NCBI RefSeq assembly: GCF_001447785.1
Contig: NW_015169926.1
Span: 23,558 to 83,883, forward strand
DNA: 60,326 bases
Direction: 5' to 3'
Origin: Gekko japonicus
Taxonomy: Eukaryota
Shown piece by piece: positions 12,741 through 22,671 of this stretch (positions within the stretch are counted from its first letter, which is position 1; each line of letters opens with the position of its first letter). The position numbers and the translations under genes are program-made. The notes beneath the pieces are model-generated. The model did not search any database. It was not told the origin of the DNA and was given only the letters and a program-made list of their open reading frames with translations.

Positions 12741-13724
12741 TCACAACTGGGTTTCAACTCGGGTTCCATCCGTACAACTTTTTTCCTCTTTGAAAACCTT
12801 CTGGAGGATCATCTTCATGTTCTCCCTCTGTGTAGACTTCCATTGCCTCCCAACCAAGATATAAATAGCTGGGTTTACACTGCTATTTAAACAGGCAAAT
12901 AGCAGTGCACTGTCTGATGCGTATAATGGTAAGTGATTGAAAATACAGAGGATGAACATGACATTCAATGGAAAAGCAAAGAGGAGGAAGAAGAGAAGGG
13001 TGAGTAAGATGATGGTCAAAAGTTTCCCCCTCCGATGCTGTCGTGCTTTCAAACAGATTTTGATGAAGAGGGCCACAGTGGCAATCGTCATGACCGGGAG
13101 GCACAGCACAGCATTCACAATAAACTGAACACACCCTGCCATCTTTTCCCCCTCTAAATTAAGAAGCAGAAGAGTGTAGGTAACCGCGGTAAACAGGAAG
13201 GAGAGGACCCAAATCAGTGCACATACAATAGTAGACAAATGCGGTGGCCGGTGGCATCGATGCCAAAGTGGGAAGAAGACGGCCACACACCTGTCGATGC
13301 TGATAGCCGTCAGCAGAAATTGACTACTGCTGTATGTCGATAGGAATAGGAAAAAGAAGACAAAGAGTATAATGAGAGTATCATGAATAAATCCAACCCA
13401 AGAATAAACAACAAAAAATATAGCTGTTAGGAGGACCCCGAAATCAGCGACGGCCAAGTTCAAGATGTAGGTGCTGAAAGGATTCCTCTTAATACGGAAG
13501 CCGAGAAGCCAGATGACAATCCCGTTCCCCACGGCTCCAAGAATGCAGATGACCAATACGGAGATACGAATACCTACACTATCATCGATACTATTGTGGC
13601 TTTCAACATCAGTGGTATTACGAGATGAAATCTCTTCTGAAACGTTCCCATAATTGATACTGTCATTCGGGAGAAAAGAGTAAGTATAACTTGGGTGATC
13701 ATAATGATCCAGGGCAGCATCCAT
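12741..13724 (-). CDS. Mas-related GPCR, paralog B, 327 aa, intact
   Basis: GAVGNG, NLAVADFG, LLTAISIDRC, WHRCHRPPHLS, NSSVNPAIY. N-glycosylation sequons in the N-terminus, C-terminal ETQL, splice acceptor at 13810-13811. Confidence 0.95.
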   Translation of the reverse strand: MDAALDHYDHPSYTYSFLPNDSINYGNVSEEISSRNTTDVESHNSIDDSVGIRISVLVICILGAVGNGIVIWLLGFRIKRNPFSTYILNLAVADFGVLLTAIFFVVYSWVGFIHDTLIILFVFFFLFLSTYSSSQFLLTAISIDRCVAVFFPLWHRCHRPPHLSTIVCALIWVLSFLFTAVTYTLLLLNLEGEKMAGCVQFIVNAVLCLPVMTIATVALFIKICLKARQHRRGKLLTIILLTLLFFLLFAFPLNVMFILCIFNHLPLYASDSALLFACLNSSVNPAIYILVGRQWKSTQRENMKMILQKVFKEEKSCTDGTRVETQL

Positions 13725-14019
13725 AATGGGAAGGGTTGTCGGGCTGGATATTAGTTATGATGCTCAGTTTCTTCTTTCAGGATTCTGGTCTTGACTTGTC
13801 TTTACATTTCTGTTAGGAGAAAGGAAACCATGAACGATTCAATTCTTGTTTTTTGTTATCCCCCTCCCCCCGTGACACTCAGAATGGAGATGGAGGAAGA
13901 GGAACAGAGGATATTACCAGAAAAAAGGTAAACTAAGTAGATCCAGTTCACATTCATTGCAGGCATGGCAGGAAATAAATAGAAAATAATAAATAAATAA
14001 ATAAATTCAGATTGCAGTG

Positions 14020-14312
14020 AGGAGGAGAAGAGGAAGAAGAGATTGGATTTATACCCCGCCCTTCCCTACCCAAAGGTGTCTCAGGGCGGCTTACAATCTC
14101 CTTTCCCTTCCCCTCCCCACAACAGACACCCCCTGTGAGGTAGGTGGGGCTGGGAGAGCTCTTGACAGAAACTGCTCTTTTTCCAGGACAGCTCTTATCA
14201 GAACTACGGCTTGCCCAAGGTCATCCAGCCAAGTGCAAGTGGAGGAGTGGGGAATCAAACCCGGTTCTCCCAGATTAGAGTCCGCACACTTAACCACTGC
14301 ACCAAACTGGCT
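14020..14312 (-). mobile_element. tRNA-derived SINE (Squam3-like)
   Basis: Reverse complement of the 41958 copy; a partial near-identical copy is at 53904-54045. Confidence 0.75.
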
Positions 14313-15458
14313 GGAAAGAGAAGCCTACCCTAAAGAGTACTTTCCCTATCACAGATGGCCAACTTGTCGGGCATCATGTGCGTGGTGGAAGTATGAGGGG
14401 CTGGGCATTTAAAGGAGAGACTTGCAGAGACCGGGATCTCCATTGAAGGACATGTGAGAAGAGACAGTGAAAGAACACAGGGAGAGAGAGAGGAGGGGTA
14501 AGAAGGAAGCTCCCAGGTTAAGACAAAGAGAGGCATCCCATTCAAGGAGATAACACCTATACACGCTTAGAGTGATACAGCCAACCGCAGTGTCCAGCTG
14601 AGTTGCCCACTCCAACAAGGAGACATGCTGCAACTGGCCAAGGTAAGTGTGTATTTTCATTGGACTGACAAGCCTTTATTATGTTAAAAAAAATTACTCC
14701 CGACTATCTGAACTGCTTTATTTGTCTCTCAAAGTACTCTCTTGAGCTGTTATTGGCTCCACAGCACAACCCCCATTTCTTACATGGCTACAGTGGAGCA
14801 AACAGAAAAGAGCTGGCAGGCTCCTATCACCCATTTAATACACACTCCTTGTGCTGTCCTTCCGCAAACACGAGGAGCCTGTAGAGGGAGGCTTACATAA
14901 TCTTGGTCCACCATTTTGGAGAAGCATTAATGAGGCAGGGGAAATACTGATGGTGACACAGATATCTGGAGAGGGGATCTTTGACTCCTGAAAGCTTATG
15001 CCCCGAGAATCTCATGGGCTTCTATGGTGCAACTGGACTCTAATCTATTGGTTTTACATGATGCTAGAACAGCTACCCTCGTAAACTGAGAGAACAGAGA
15101 CAATATGAGGAAACTGGAACGGAATCAGAGAAAGGGAGAGAGGGGGATGGGAAGGACCCTTTCAGGGATATCAGCCAAAAAATGGGATAGGTTAGAGTCT
15201 GTCAATAACCGAGACATAGATGTTGTTTCAGAGGGTAGCCACGTCTGGCTATATTAGGCTGCGGTCACATGGAGCATTAGCCATGCTACAGAGACGGAAG
15301 ATAGGCGGATTTTCCAGGCGCGATCACACTGCAACATCTGGGAAGCGTAGAGCTCCCGTGTGTTAGAGTCTGTCAATAACCGAGACAAAGATGTAGTTTC
15401 AGAGGGTACCCACGTCTGCCTATATTAGATCAGCTAAATGCAAATCCAGTAGCCCCTT

Positions 15459-15781
15459 AAAGGTTCCCTTGCTCGAAAGCCAGTCAAATCCGACTCTAGG
15501 GTTGCGGTGCTCATCTCCGTTTCCAAGCCGAAGAGCCAGCGCTGTCCAAAGATGTTTCTGAGGTCATGTGGCCGGCATGACTAAACACCAAGGTGCACGG
15601 AACGCTGTTACCTTCCCACCAAAGTGGTCCCTATTTATCTACTTGCAATTTCTTGCTTTCGAACTGCCAGATTGGCAGGAGCTGGAACTGGAGACGGGAG
15701 CTCACTCTGTCATGCGGCACTCAGGTCTCGAACTGCTGAACTACCGACCTTCCACAGCCTGCAGTTCAGCGTCTTAACCAC
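15459..15781 (-). mobile_element. Sauria SINE
   Basis: Reverse complement of the 27963 copy; flanking duplication CTAAATGCAAATCCAGTA. Confidence 0.87.
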
Positions 15782-16456
15782 TAAATGCAAATCCAGTATC
15801 CCCTTAGAGACCCACAAGTTTGTGGGGGAAATCTTGTTGGTCTCTAAGGTACTGGACTCAAATCCAGGCATACATCTTTCCTTTATTTAAAACATCTTAT
15901 CCAACCTATCAGGATAAAGAATTTTTCAAAGGTCACTGTGGATCATTTTTCATACATTGATTTTATTTAGTTTATTTATAACCCTCATTTCTCCCCAGTG
16001 GGGACCCAAAGTGGCTCGCCTCATTCTCCTCTCCTCAATTTTATACTTTCAATTTTATACTGTGAGGGACGTCAGGATTCAAGAACATGACCTGCCAAAG
16101 GTCACCCAGTGAGTTTTCATGGCATGAGCGGGTATTTGAACCTAGGACTCCCAGATACTGGTCCAACAACACTCTTAACCACCATACCACATGAACATAT
16201 GACACTGCCTTGTGCTGAGTGGAACAACACTATGAGACATTCCAGGACAGTTTCTTCCAGCTGACAAGGAGTCTCCATGATCCCTGGAGATGCTCTGAAG
16301 GAAGGGTGCCTGTGGAATGCAGTATGTTCATCCTCTGGCATCTCCATTGAGAAACATCTACAGCCTTCAAGAGCCCCTGTGAATCAGACGACTGGTTGTG
16401 CAAAATGTATTTCCTGCCCCCAGAAAATGAGCTAGTGGGTGATGAGATTGACACCT

Positions 16457-16915
16457 ACCTGTGAAGGATCAGCTTTCTTCAGATACGGTGACTGGAAGAT
16501 GGTTTCAGAGGGTAGCCATCTTGGTCTGCAGTAGAAGAACCAGATCCAAGTCCTGTAGCAACTTAGGAACAGACACAATTTCCAGGGTAGGAGGTTTCAA
16601 GAGCCAAAGCCCCCTTCCGGAGATCCCATGGACTTCCTCTCCATGCAGCTGAATGTGGTGTCTTCAATAGAGACAGTTTCCGGGGTTAGCCTTGTTGAGC
16701 GGAAGATGGCAACTGTCCCTTGTCCTGGCCTGGAACGGCAGCAGACTTGCAGATACACTTTGCCAGTTCCGGCTGAGAAGGGGAAGTGTCTGCTGTTCTC
16801 CAAGCTCAGTTCAAATTGTATAAAACGCCTTACGGTTAGCTTGATAATATCATGTAACATTCTTATCTTAGGCATCACGGCAGCCTTCAGCGGAAGACGG
16901 AGGAAACTTTTGCAA
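16457..16915 (-). promoter_or_regulatory. Conserved upstream module, a probable non-coding 5' exon ending in a CAG|GTA donor (other copies at 5259-5750, 10840-11320 and 37481-38010)
   Basis: A ~450-bp block repeated upstream of the genes. All four copies keep CACAG|GTA(T/G)GT on the minus strand, and each coding exon has an acceptor. MRGPR genes commonly have a non-coding first exon. Confidence 0.5.
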
Positions 16916-17276
16916 TGGTATACTACAAAAACTAGAACAGAAAAAAGGGAAAGGGAAAGCTACATATAAGGGAGAAAGTAAAGAACCCACTACTAACTAA
17001 AAACCCAAGAGAGGAGATCTCCAACTAGCTTTTTATACTTCATTCAGACTTTTCATCTTTGTACTTCTTATGAACTGTGTCAATCTTTTAACCCTTTTAA
17101 CCATCCCCAGTTACATTTAATTGCCCAATAACAGTGCCCCCCATCATCCCCTAGAACCAAAGTTCTCAAAGGCACAATTCAGAGTCCTTCAGCCTTTACT
17201 TCTTCTCTCTCTTCCGCAGTTTGTAGGAACTTTTTGGGGCTGATGCCCCCTGCTCACCTGGAGGATTTTGATGAAG

Positions 17277-17703
17277 GGTTGCAACAGTCATAAATGATGA
17301 GAGATGCAGCAGGCTGTTATGTTCTCCACCAAAAGCGATCCCGCAAGCCTCAAAGCAAACATGAGAGATGCAGCAGGCTGTTAATGTTTCCCACAAAAAG
17401 CGATTCAGCAAGCATCAAAGCAAGCAACATGCCTCCCAGGCAAAAATTGTGTGTTTCGACAGATTCTTCTTCAGGCAGACACATTTTTTCCTGGAACCAA
17501 AGCTCACGATGCTACAGTGCACAAGTCGACAATTCTCCGCCTGGGAGGCGCGTTGCTTCCTTTGATGCTTGCTGAATTACTTTTTGTGGAGAACATAACA
17601 GCCTGCTGCGTCTCTCATGCTTGCTTTGAGGCTTGCTGAATCGCTTTTGGTGGAGAACATAACAGCCTGCTGCATCTCTCATCCTTTACAACTGCTGCAA
17701 CCT
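17277..17703. repeat. Foldback element: ~145-bp inverted arms, each with two ~63-bp subrepeats
   Basis: ATGAGAGATGCAGCAGGCTGTTA.. twice on the left arm and its reverse complement twice on the right arm. Confidence 0.85.
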
Positions 17704-18767
17704 CCACCAGTCTCTTATCAGGAGCAAGATAGTCTACGGCATTGGAATAGGTCTCTGTAGCTGTGGACTTTTCTGTTAGTAGATATATAATTCAGGGCTA
17801 TTTTTGTGCAGGAACACACAGGAACAGTGTTCCGGCTGGCTTCAGAGTTGGCCACGCCCACTACAGCCAAAACCTCTGGGTGCCTGGCTACAGAGGGAAG
17901 GCCTGGAGAGTGACCCCCCATTACTCCGAGATGGGTGGGCCGGGGGGGCTGGAAGGATCAGAGATGCATTTAAATGCCTCCCCTGGCTTGTCCAAGGGCC
18001 AGCTTGCCTGGGCTCCCCGCAGCTGCGGGGTGCCCAGACAAGCCAAGGGAAGGCATGGGGTGTGTGGCCTAATATGCTAATGTGCTTCTGCTGTTGGGTG
18101 TGGCTTATTATTTGCCGTGTTTCCCGTGTGTTTGTTGCTCACCTGTAGGATGGCAATTCTATCGGAGAAGCTTTGCATTTGCTACTTGCCAGGCTCTGTA
18201 AAGGCATCAGAAAGGCTGGCACGCATCCTGCTTTGTTGGAGACTCTTAAAAAGAGGTATCTTCGAGCACTCACTACCTTTTCTCTGTTTGCAGCCACACT
18301 CTTTGGCCCAATCTGCATCCAGCATTTGCTCCACTGTCTTACCAACCCCACGCTGGAACAGAAATTCCCCTCTGCATTGCATGCCACTTTCGCTTTGATT
18401 GATTGTCGGATTTTATGGCAGCATCCGGACTGCATGCTGCTTTCACTTTGTTTGCTCTCTGGTTTTATGGAAGTGTCTGCATAGATTTGTGGCCGTTTTA
18501 TGGCCATTCAGGGGTGACTCTGCAGTCAGTACGTCGTTGGCCCAGGGTGTTTGGATGTTGTTATGAGACAGACTTATTTATGATTTTATATCTGCTTACA
18601 CAAGGTAACAAATGGACTGTGCAAATACCATGAGCCAAAGAAAGCTGTTTGCATCACCTAGTGTGACAGAGGGATCTCACATAGGGAAAGCTTGCCTGTC
18701 TTCTATGTTAATGAAGCCAGCACACATTCAGCTCAAAGGATGATGGGAAGAAGAACCACATGTTAGC

Positions 18768-19501
18768 TGTACTAATGTTAGAGAGAATTGTTATAAAATG
18801 ATGTATAGGTGGTACATGACTCTGAAAAAAATTGCAAATATGAACCAGAATATGTCAAACAAATGTTGGAAATGCAAGAGTCACGAGGGCTCATTTTACC
18901 ATATGTGGTGGACTTGCGAGAAAGCTGTAGACTTTTGGACAAAAGTCCACAAAGAAATGCAAAAAATATTGAAATGCTCTTTCAAAAAGGCACCAGAAAT
19001 TCTGCTTTTGGGATTGAAAATGGAAGAAATCAATACGACTAAAAAGACCTTATTCTGGTACTTAATTACAACAGCGAGAATGATTTATGCACAATTTTGG
19101 AAAACAGAGAAAGTGCCAGAAATCGAAGACTGGATACAAAAAGTTCTGTTCATGGCAGAAATGGATAAAATTATGAAAAAGTGGAATAACAAAGAAGATG
19201 ACGTGTTTTTTCAAGAATGGAGTGACTTTAAAATATATCTGGAAAAGAACTGGGATGTGAAACAAAACTTAATATGTTTAGATCAATATTAAGTCAAATG
19301 ATGTTATCTTGAGATTGTAATGATAAGAAAATGATATAATTAATGATGTAAAGTAATGTGGAGTAGGGGGGGAAGCATTGCGGGAAGCCACTGGAGGGAG
19401 GGGAGGAAATGGGAATGGGGTAGACAATGGAAAGGATGAAATGGTTTAATTCTAAATGTTGAATTCCTAAGAAAATAAAATTTGTTTACCAAAAAAAAAA
19501 A
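18768..19501 (+). mobile_element. L1 lineage B, 5'-truncated, 17-bp TSD
   Basis: TSD AAGAA(C/G)CACATGTTAGC at 18751-18767 and 19502-19518; AATAAA plus polyA; the empty site is visible at ~20518-20547. Confidence 0.92.
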
Positions 19502-19531
19502 AAGAAGCACATGTTAGCCATTGTGGAGCAG

Positions 19532-19742
19532 NNNNNNNNNNNNNNNNNNNNNNNNNNNNNNNNNNNNNNNNNNNNNNNNNNNNNNNNNNNNNNNNNNNNN
19601 NNNNNNNNNNNNNNNNNNNNNNNNNNNNNNNNNNNNNNNNNNNNNNNNNNNNNNNNNNNNNNNNNNNNNNNNNNNNNNNNNNNNNNNNNNNNNNNNNNNN
19701 NNNNNNNNNNNNNNNNNNNNNNNNNNNNNNNNNNNNNNNNNN
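19532..19742. other. Assembly gap (others at 157-382, 32483-32647, 54355-55010 and 58272-58975)
   Basis: Runs of N. Confidence 0.99.
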
Positions 19743-20212
19743 GCTCGCTGTTGTCCGTCGTGGGGTTGGGACCAGCGGGGCTGCCTACCCGCACTAGAAT
19801 CCCACCTTCGTCGCCAATTGTTAAGTCTGCGCTCAACAAAATAGCCAGAGAGTGATTCAGCAAAACTCAGGTTTATTTCAGCTCAACGATCAACTTCTCT
19901 GACACGGTACAACTTCTCTTGATAGCCCGAACTCAGTAACTCAGTACTGATCTGATCAGATCATCATTGCAGCTTGTTCAGTATTTAAACATTCCGGGCT
20001 AATATAGCCACGCCTACTATACAGTTAAACAACCTATCAGGTTGAGACAATAAGGACCAATCAGAGTCTTTCCCGCTTATACACATTTGAATCCGATTGG
20101 ACGCAGTAGTCTTGAACTTCAATCCCTGTTCAAGACGAAGCTTAACATTGCTTCCCTATGAGATGATTCACAATCATCTTAATGCATTCTAGGCAGCATA
20201 GAATACATTACA
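19743..20212 (-). mobile_element. 5' LTR (19819-20212) and tRNA-Ser primer-binding site of an LTR retroelement; the internal region runs into an N gap
   Basis: TG..CA ends; minus-strand CCAAT and AATAAA; 19797-19816 GAATCCCACCTTCGTCGCCA matches, from recall, the 3' end of vertebrate tRNA-Ser(GCT) plus CCA. Confidence 0.82.
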
Positions 20213-20325
20213 CTTTGTTTGATCTCTGGTTTTATGGAAGCGTCTGCATAGATTTGTGGCCATTTTATGGCCATTCAGGGGTGACGCTGCAGTCAGTACG
20301 TCATTGGCCCAGGGTGTTTGGATGT

Positions 20326-21395
20326 TGTTACGAGACAGACTTATTTATGATTTTATATCTGCTTACACAAGGTAACAAATGGACTGTGCAAATACCATGA
20401 GCCAAAGAAAGCTGTTTGCATCACCTAGTGTGACAGAGGGATCTCACATAGGGAAAGCTTGCCTGCCTTCTATGTTAATGAAGCCAGCACACATTCAGCT
20501 CTAAGGATGATGGGAAGAAGAACCACATGTTAGCCATTGTGGAGCAGAACAACAACTAAGAGAAGGAAAATCCCCCATTGCTGAGAGACGGGATGTCATG
20601 TTCTACAGAGACCTGATCTGCATTTGTATAAGCAGTTTCCTGTTGATGCCTGAGATAGCCAAGATTCATCAGCGCAACAAAGGGATGCCTTGATGCCTGC
20701 AAGTCACACCTAGCCAAATGGTATTCCATGAGATAGAGGGTAGAATTTCAAATATTGTTACCACCCATAGCAACCTGCCCCTTTCTTGCATTCACCAATA
20801 AGGGTAGTTTATGGGATGGACCTAAAGGAAGGTGGGACCCCAAGCTGGCAAGCACCACCCACCTGGAGATTTCAACTATATAACGCAGAGACATGCTTTG
20901 GCTCTGGGCTGCTGGCTGGCCACATCCCCCCCCATCTTTCCTTGAGTTGAAGCTCTTTGAATCTCTCTGAGGTGCGCAGCCAGAGACATTCAGCCACAAT
21001 AGCTAGCTCATTCTAAGCATTGTGGATGAGCAATTAATCCCAGGGACCTTTCCCTTCCCTTCCAATTCCAATTGCAACAAGACAAGACTTCTAGAACAGG
21101 TGAGCATAAATCGAATTATTTACCTTCCCAACTCCAAGTAACTAAGCAACTATTTTTATATTCTTTCTGTACACCTAAAGGAAACTTCAGTGTTTGTGAA
21201 TATGTGAGACTGATGTTGTTGTATGCTTGATATTGAAATCCTTCAGTAAAAGTCTATTTGTTTTGGAAAAAAACACCTGTGTGGTCTCAGTTACTGGATT
21301 CCAGGTCCAAACAAGACCTCCGTAAACGCTGGCCAGAGACTCACGTTAAAAATTATAGTTGGCCATCTGTCGTAAATAAGGCATTTGGCGTAACA
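20326..21395 (+). mobile_element. Solo LTR (~1.07 kb)
   Basis: Termini TGTTACG...CGTAACA, 4-bp TSD ATGT, TATATAA at ~20877, AGTAAA at ~21245. Confidence 0.85.
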
Positions 21396-22367
21396 ATGTG
21401 GTTTTGAGCCGCATCTTTTTTTCTGCTCAGTGTGTGTTTCGTACAACAACGGAGCAAATGCTAGATGCAGATTGGGCCTTTAAGGAAGGAAGTGGTGGTG
21501 GTGGAGGAAAGCACCCTCAAGGCGTAGCGGAGTCATGGCAACCCCACAGAGTTTCAAGGCAAGAGACATACAGAGGTGGTTTGCCATTGCCTGCCTCTGT
21601 GAAGGGACTCTGGACTTCGTTGGTGGTCTCTCATCTCAGTACTAGAGGTGGTTTGTCATTGCCAGGGCCTTTTCAGTGGCGGCTCCTTACTGGAGGAACG
21701 AGCTCCCGGAGGAGATCAAGGTCCTGCGGGATCTTTTGCAGTCCCACAGGGCTTGCAAGATGGAGCTCTTCCACCAGGCTTTCAACTCAGGAGCCGCCCT
21801 CGCTATTACCGCCAACGAGCCCGACCCTCTGCCCTAACAACTGGCTCAGACCATCGAGTGATTCGGGAAGACCACAGAGCTGGAAACTGTCTGCTTGTAA
21901 ACATTTTTAGAATGCCACCCCAAGTAACTGAATGATCACTCCCACCTTATGAGTGTATGATGTCATTTGTATTTGAATTGTTTTAAATGATGTCGTGGTT
22001 TCATTGGTATTTTGTACCAACTGTGTTAGCCGCCCTGAGCCCGCTCACGGGGAGGGCGGGGTACAAATCAAATCAAATCAACAAACAAACAAATAAATAA
22101 ATAAACACATAAATAAATTTGCCTGCCTCTACACAGCAACCTTGGTTTTCCTGGGTGCTCCATCCCAATAGTAACCGGGGCTGATCCTGCTTACCATCTG
22201 AGATCGGATGAGATCAGACTAACACTGGGCCTACTTTACTAGCCCTGACCACCACAGAGATTTCTCCCAGATATAAATTGCACTCCTTTAGTGTATGGAC
22301 GCTTGAACTGTCAGTCAGAAGACGCTGGCTGGGTTCACTGGCTGCTTTGTGCAGTCCCGCCCAGTGT

Positions 22368-22671
22368 TTCAAGGTCTTTTGCATATGGAAGCTGATTGGA
22401 CTTCACTGCATTCCACACCTCAAATTCACCCCCCTCCCCGCAAGGCAGTTGGAATGTCAGTTGCATATGGAACCTTCAAGGTCTTTTGCATATGGAAGCT
22501 GATTGGACTTCACTGCATTCCACACCTCAAACTCACCCCCCTCCCCGCAAGGCAGTTGGAATGTCAGTTGCATATGGAACCTTCAAGGTCTTTTGCATAT
22601 GGAAGCTGATTGGACTTCACTCCATTCCACACCTCATACTCCCCCCCCCCCCCGCAAGGCAGTTGGAATGT
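22368..22671. repeat. 107-bp tandem repeat, ~2.8 copies
   Basis: TTCAAGGTCTTTTGCATATGGAAGCTG at 22368, 22475 and 22582. Confidence 0.92.

Larger units (their letters stand above)
18305..21478. mobile_element. MITE (Harbinger-like) hosting nested LTR and L1 insertions
   Basis: TIR GGCCCAATCTGCATCCAGCATTTGCTCC / GGAGCAAATGCTAGATGCAGATTGGGCC, with TTT on both flanks. Confidence 0.65.

Noticed and set aside
12937-13128. Recurrent plus-strand basic ORFs (..TFNGKAKRRKKRR..) at 2375, 12937, 26469 and 52844
   Set aside because: They are antisense shadows of the Phe/Leu-rich TM6 codons of the GPCRs.
16597-16969. Repeated short ORFs in the upstream module (ENSRHFP.. on minus, MDF.SMQL.. on plus)
   Set aside because: No recognisable domain. 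A stop (5521) and a frameshift (~37660) occur in other copies, and segmental duplication explains the similarity.
19797-19816. tRNA-Ser gene
   Set aside because: Only the 3' 20 nt including CCA are present, adjacent to an LTR, so it is a primer-binding site. The SINE heads are likewise not tRNA genes.
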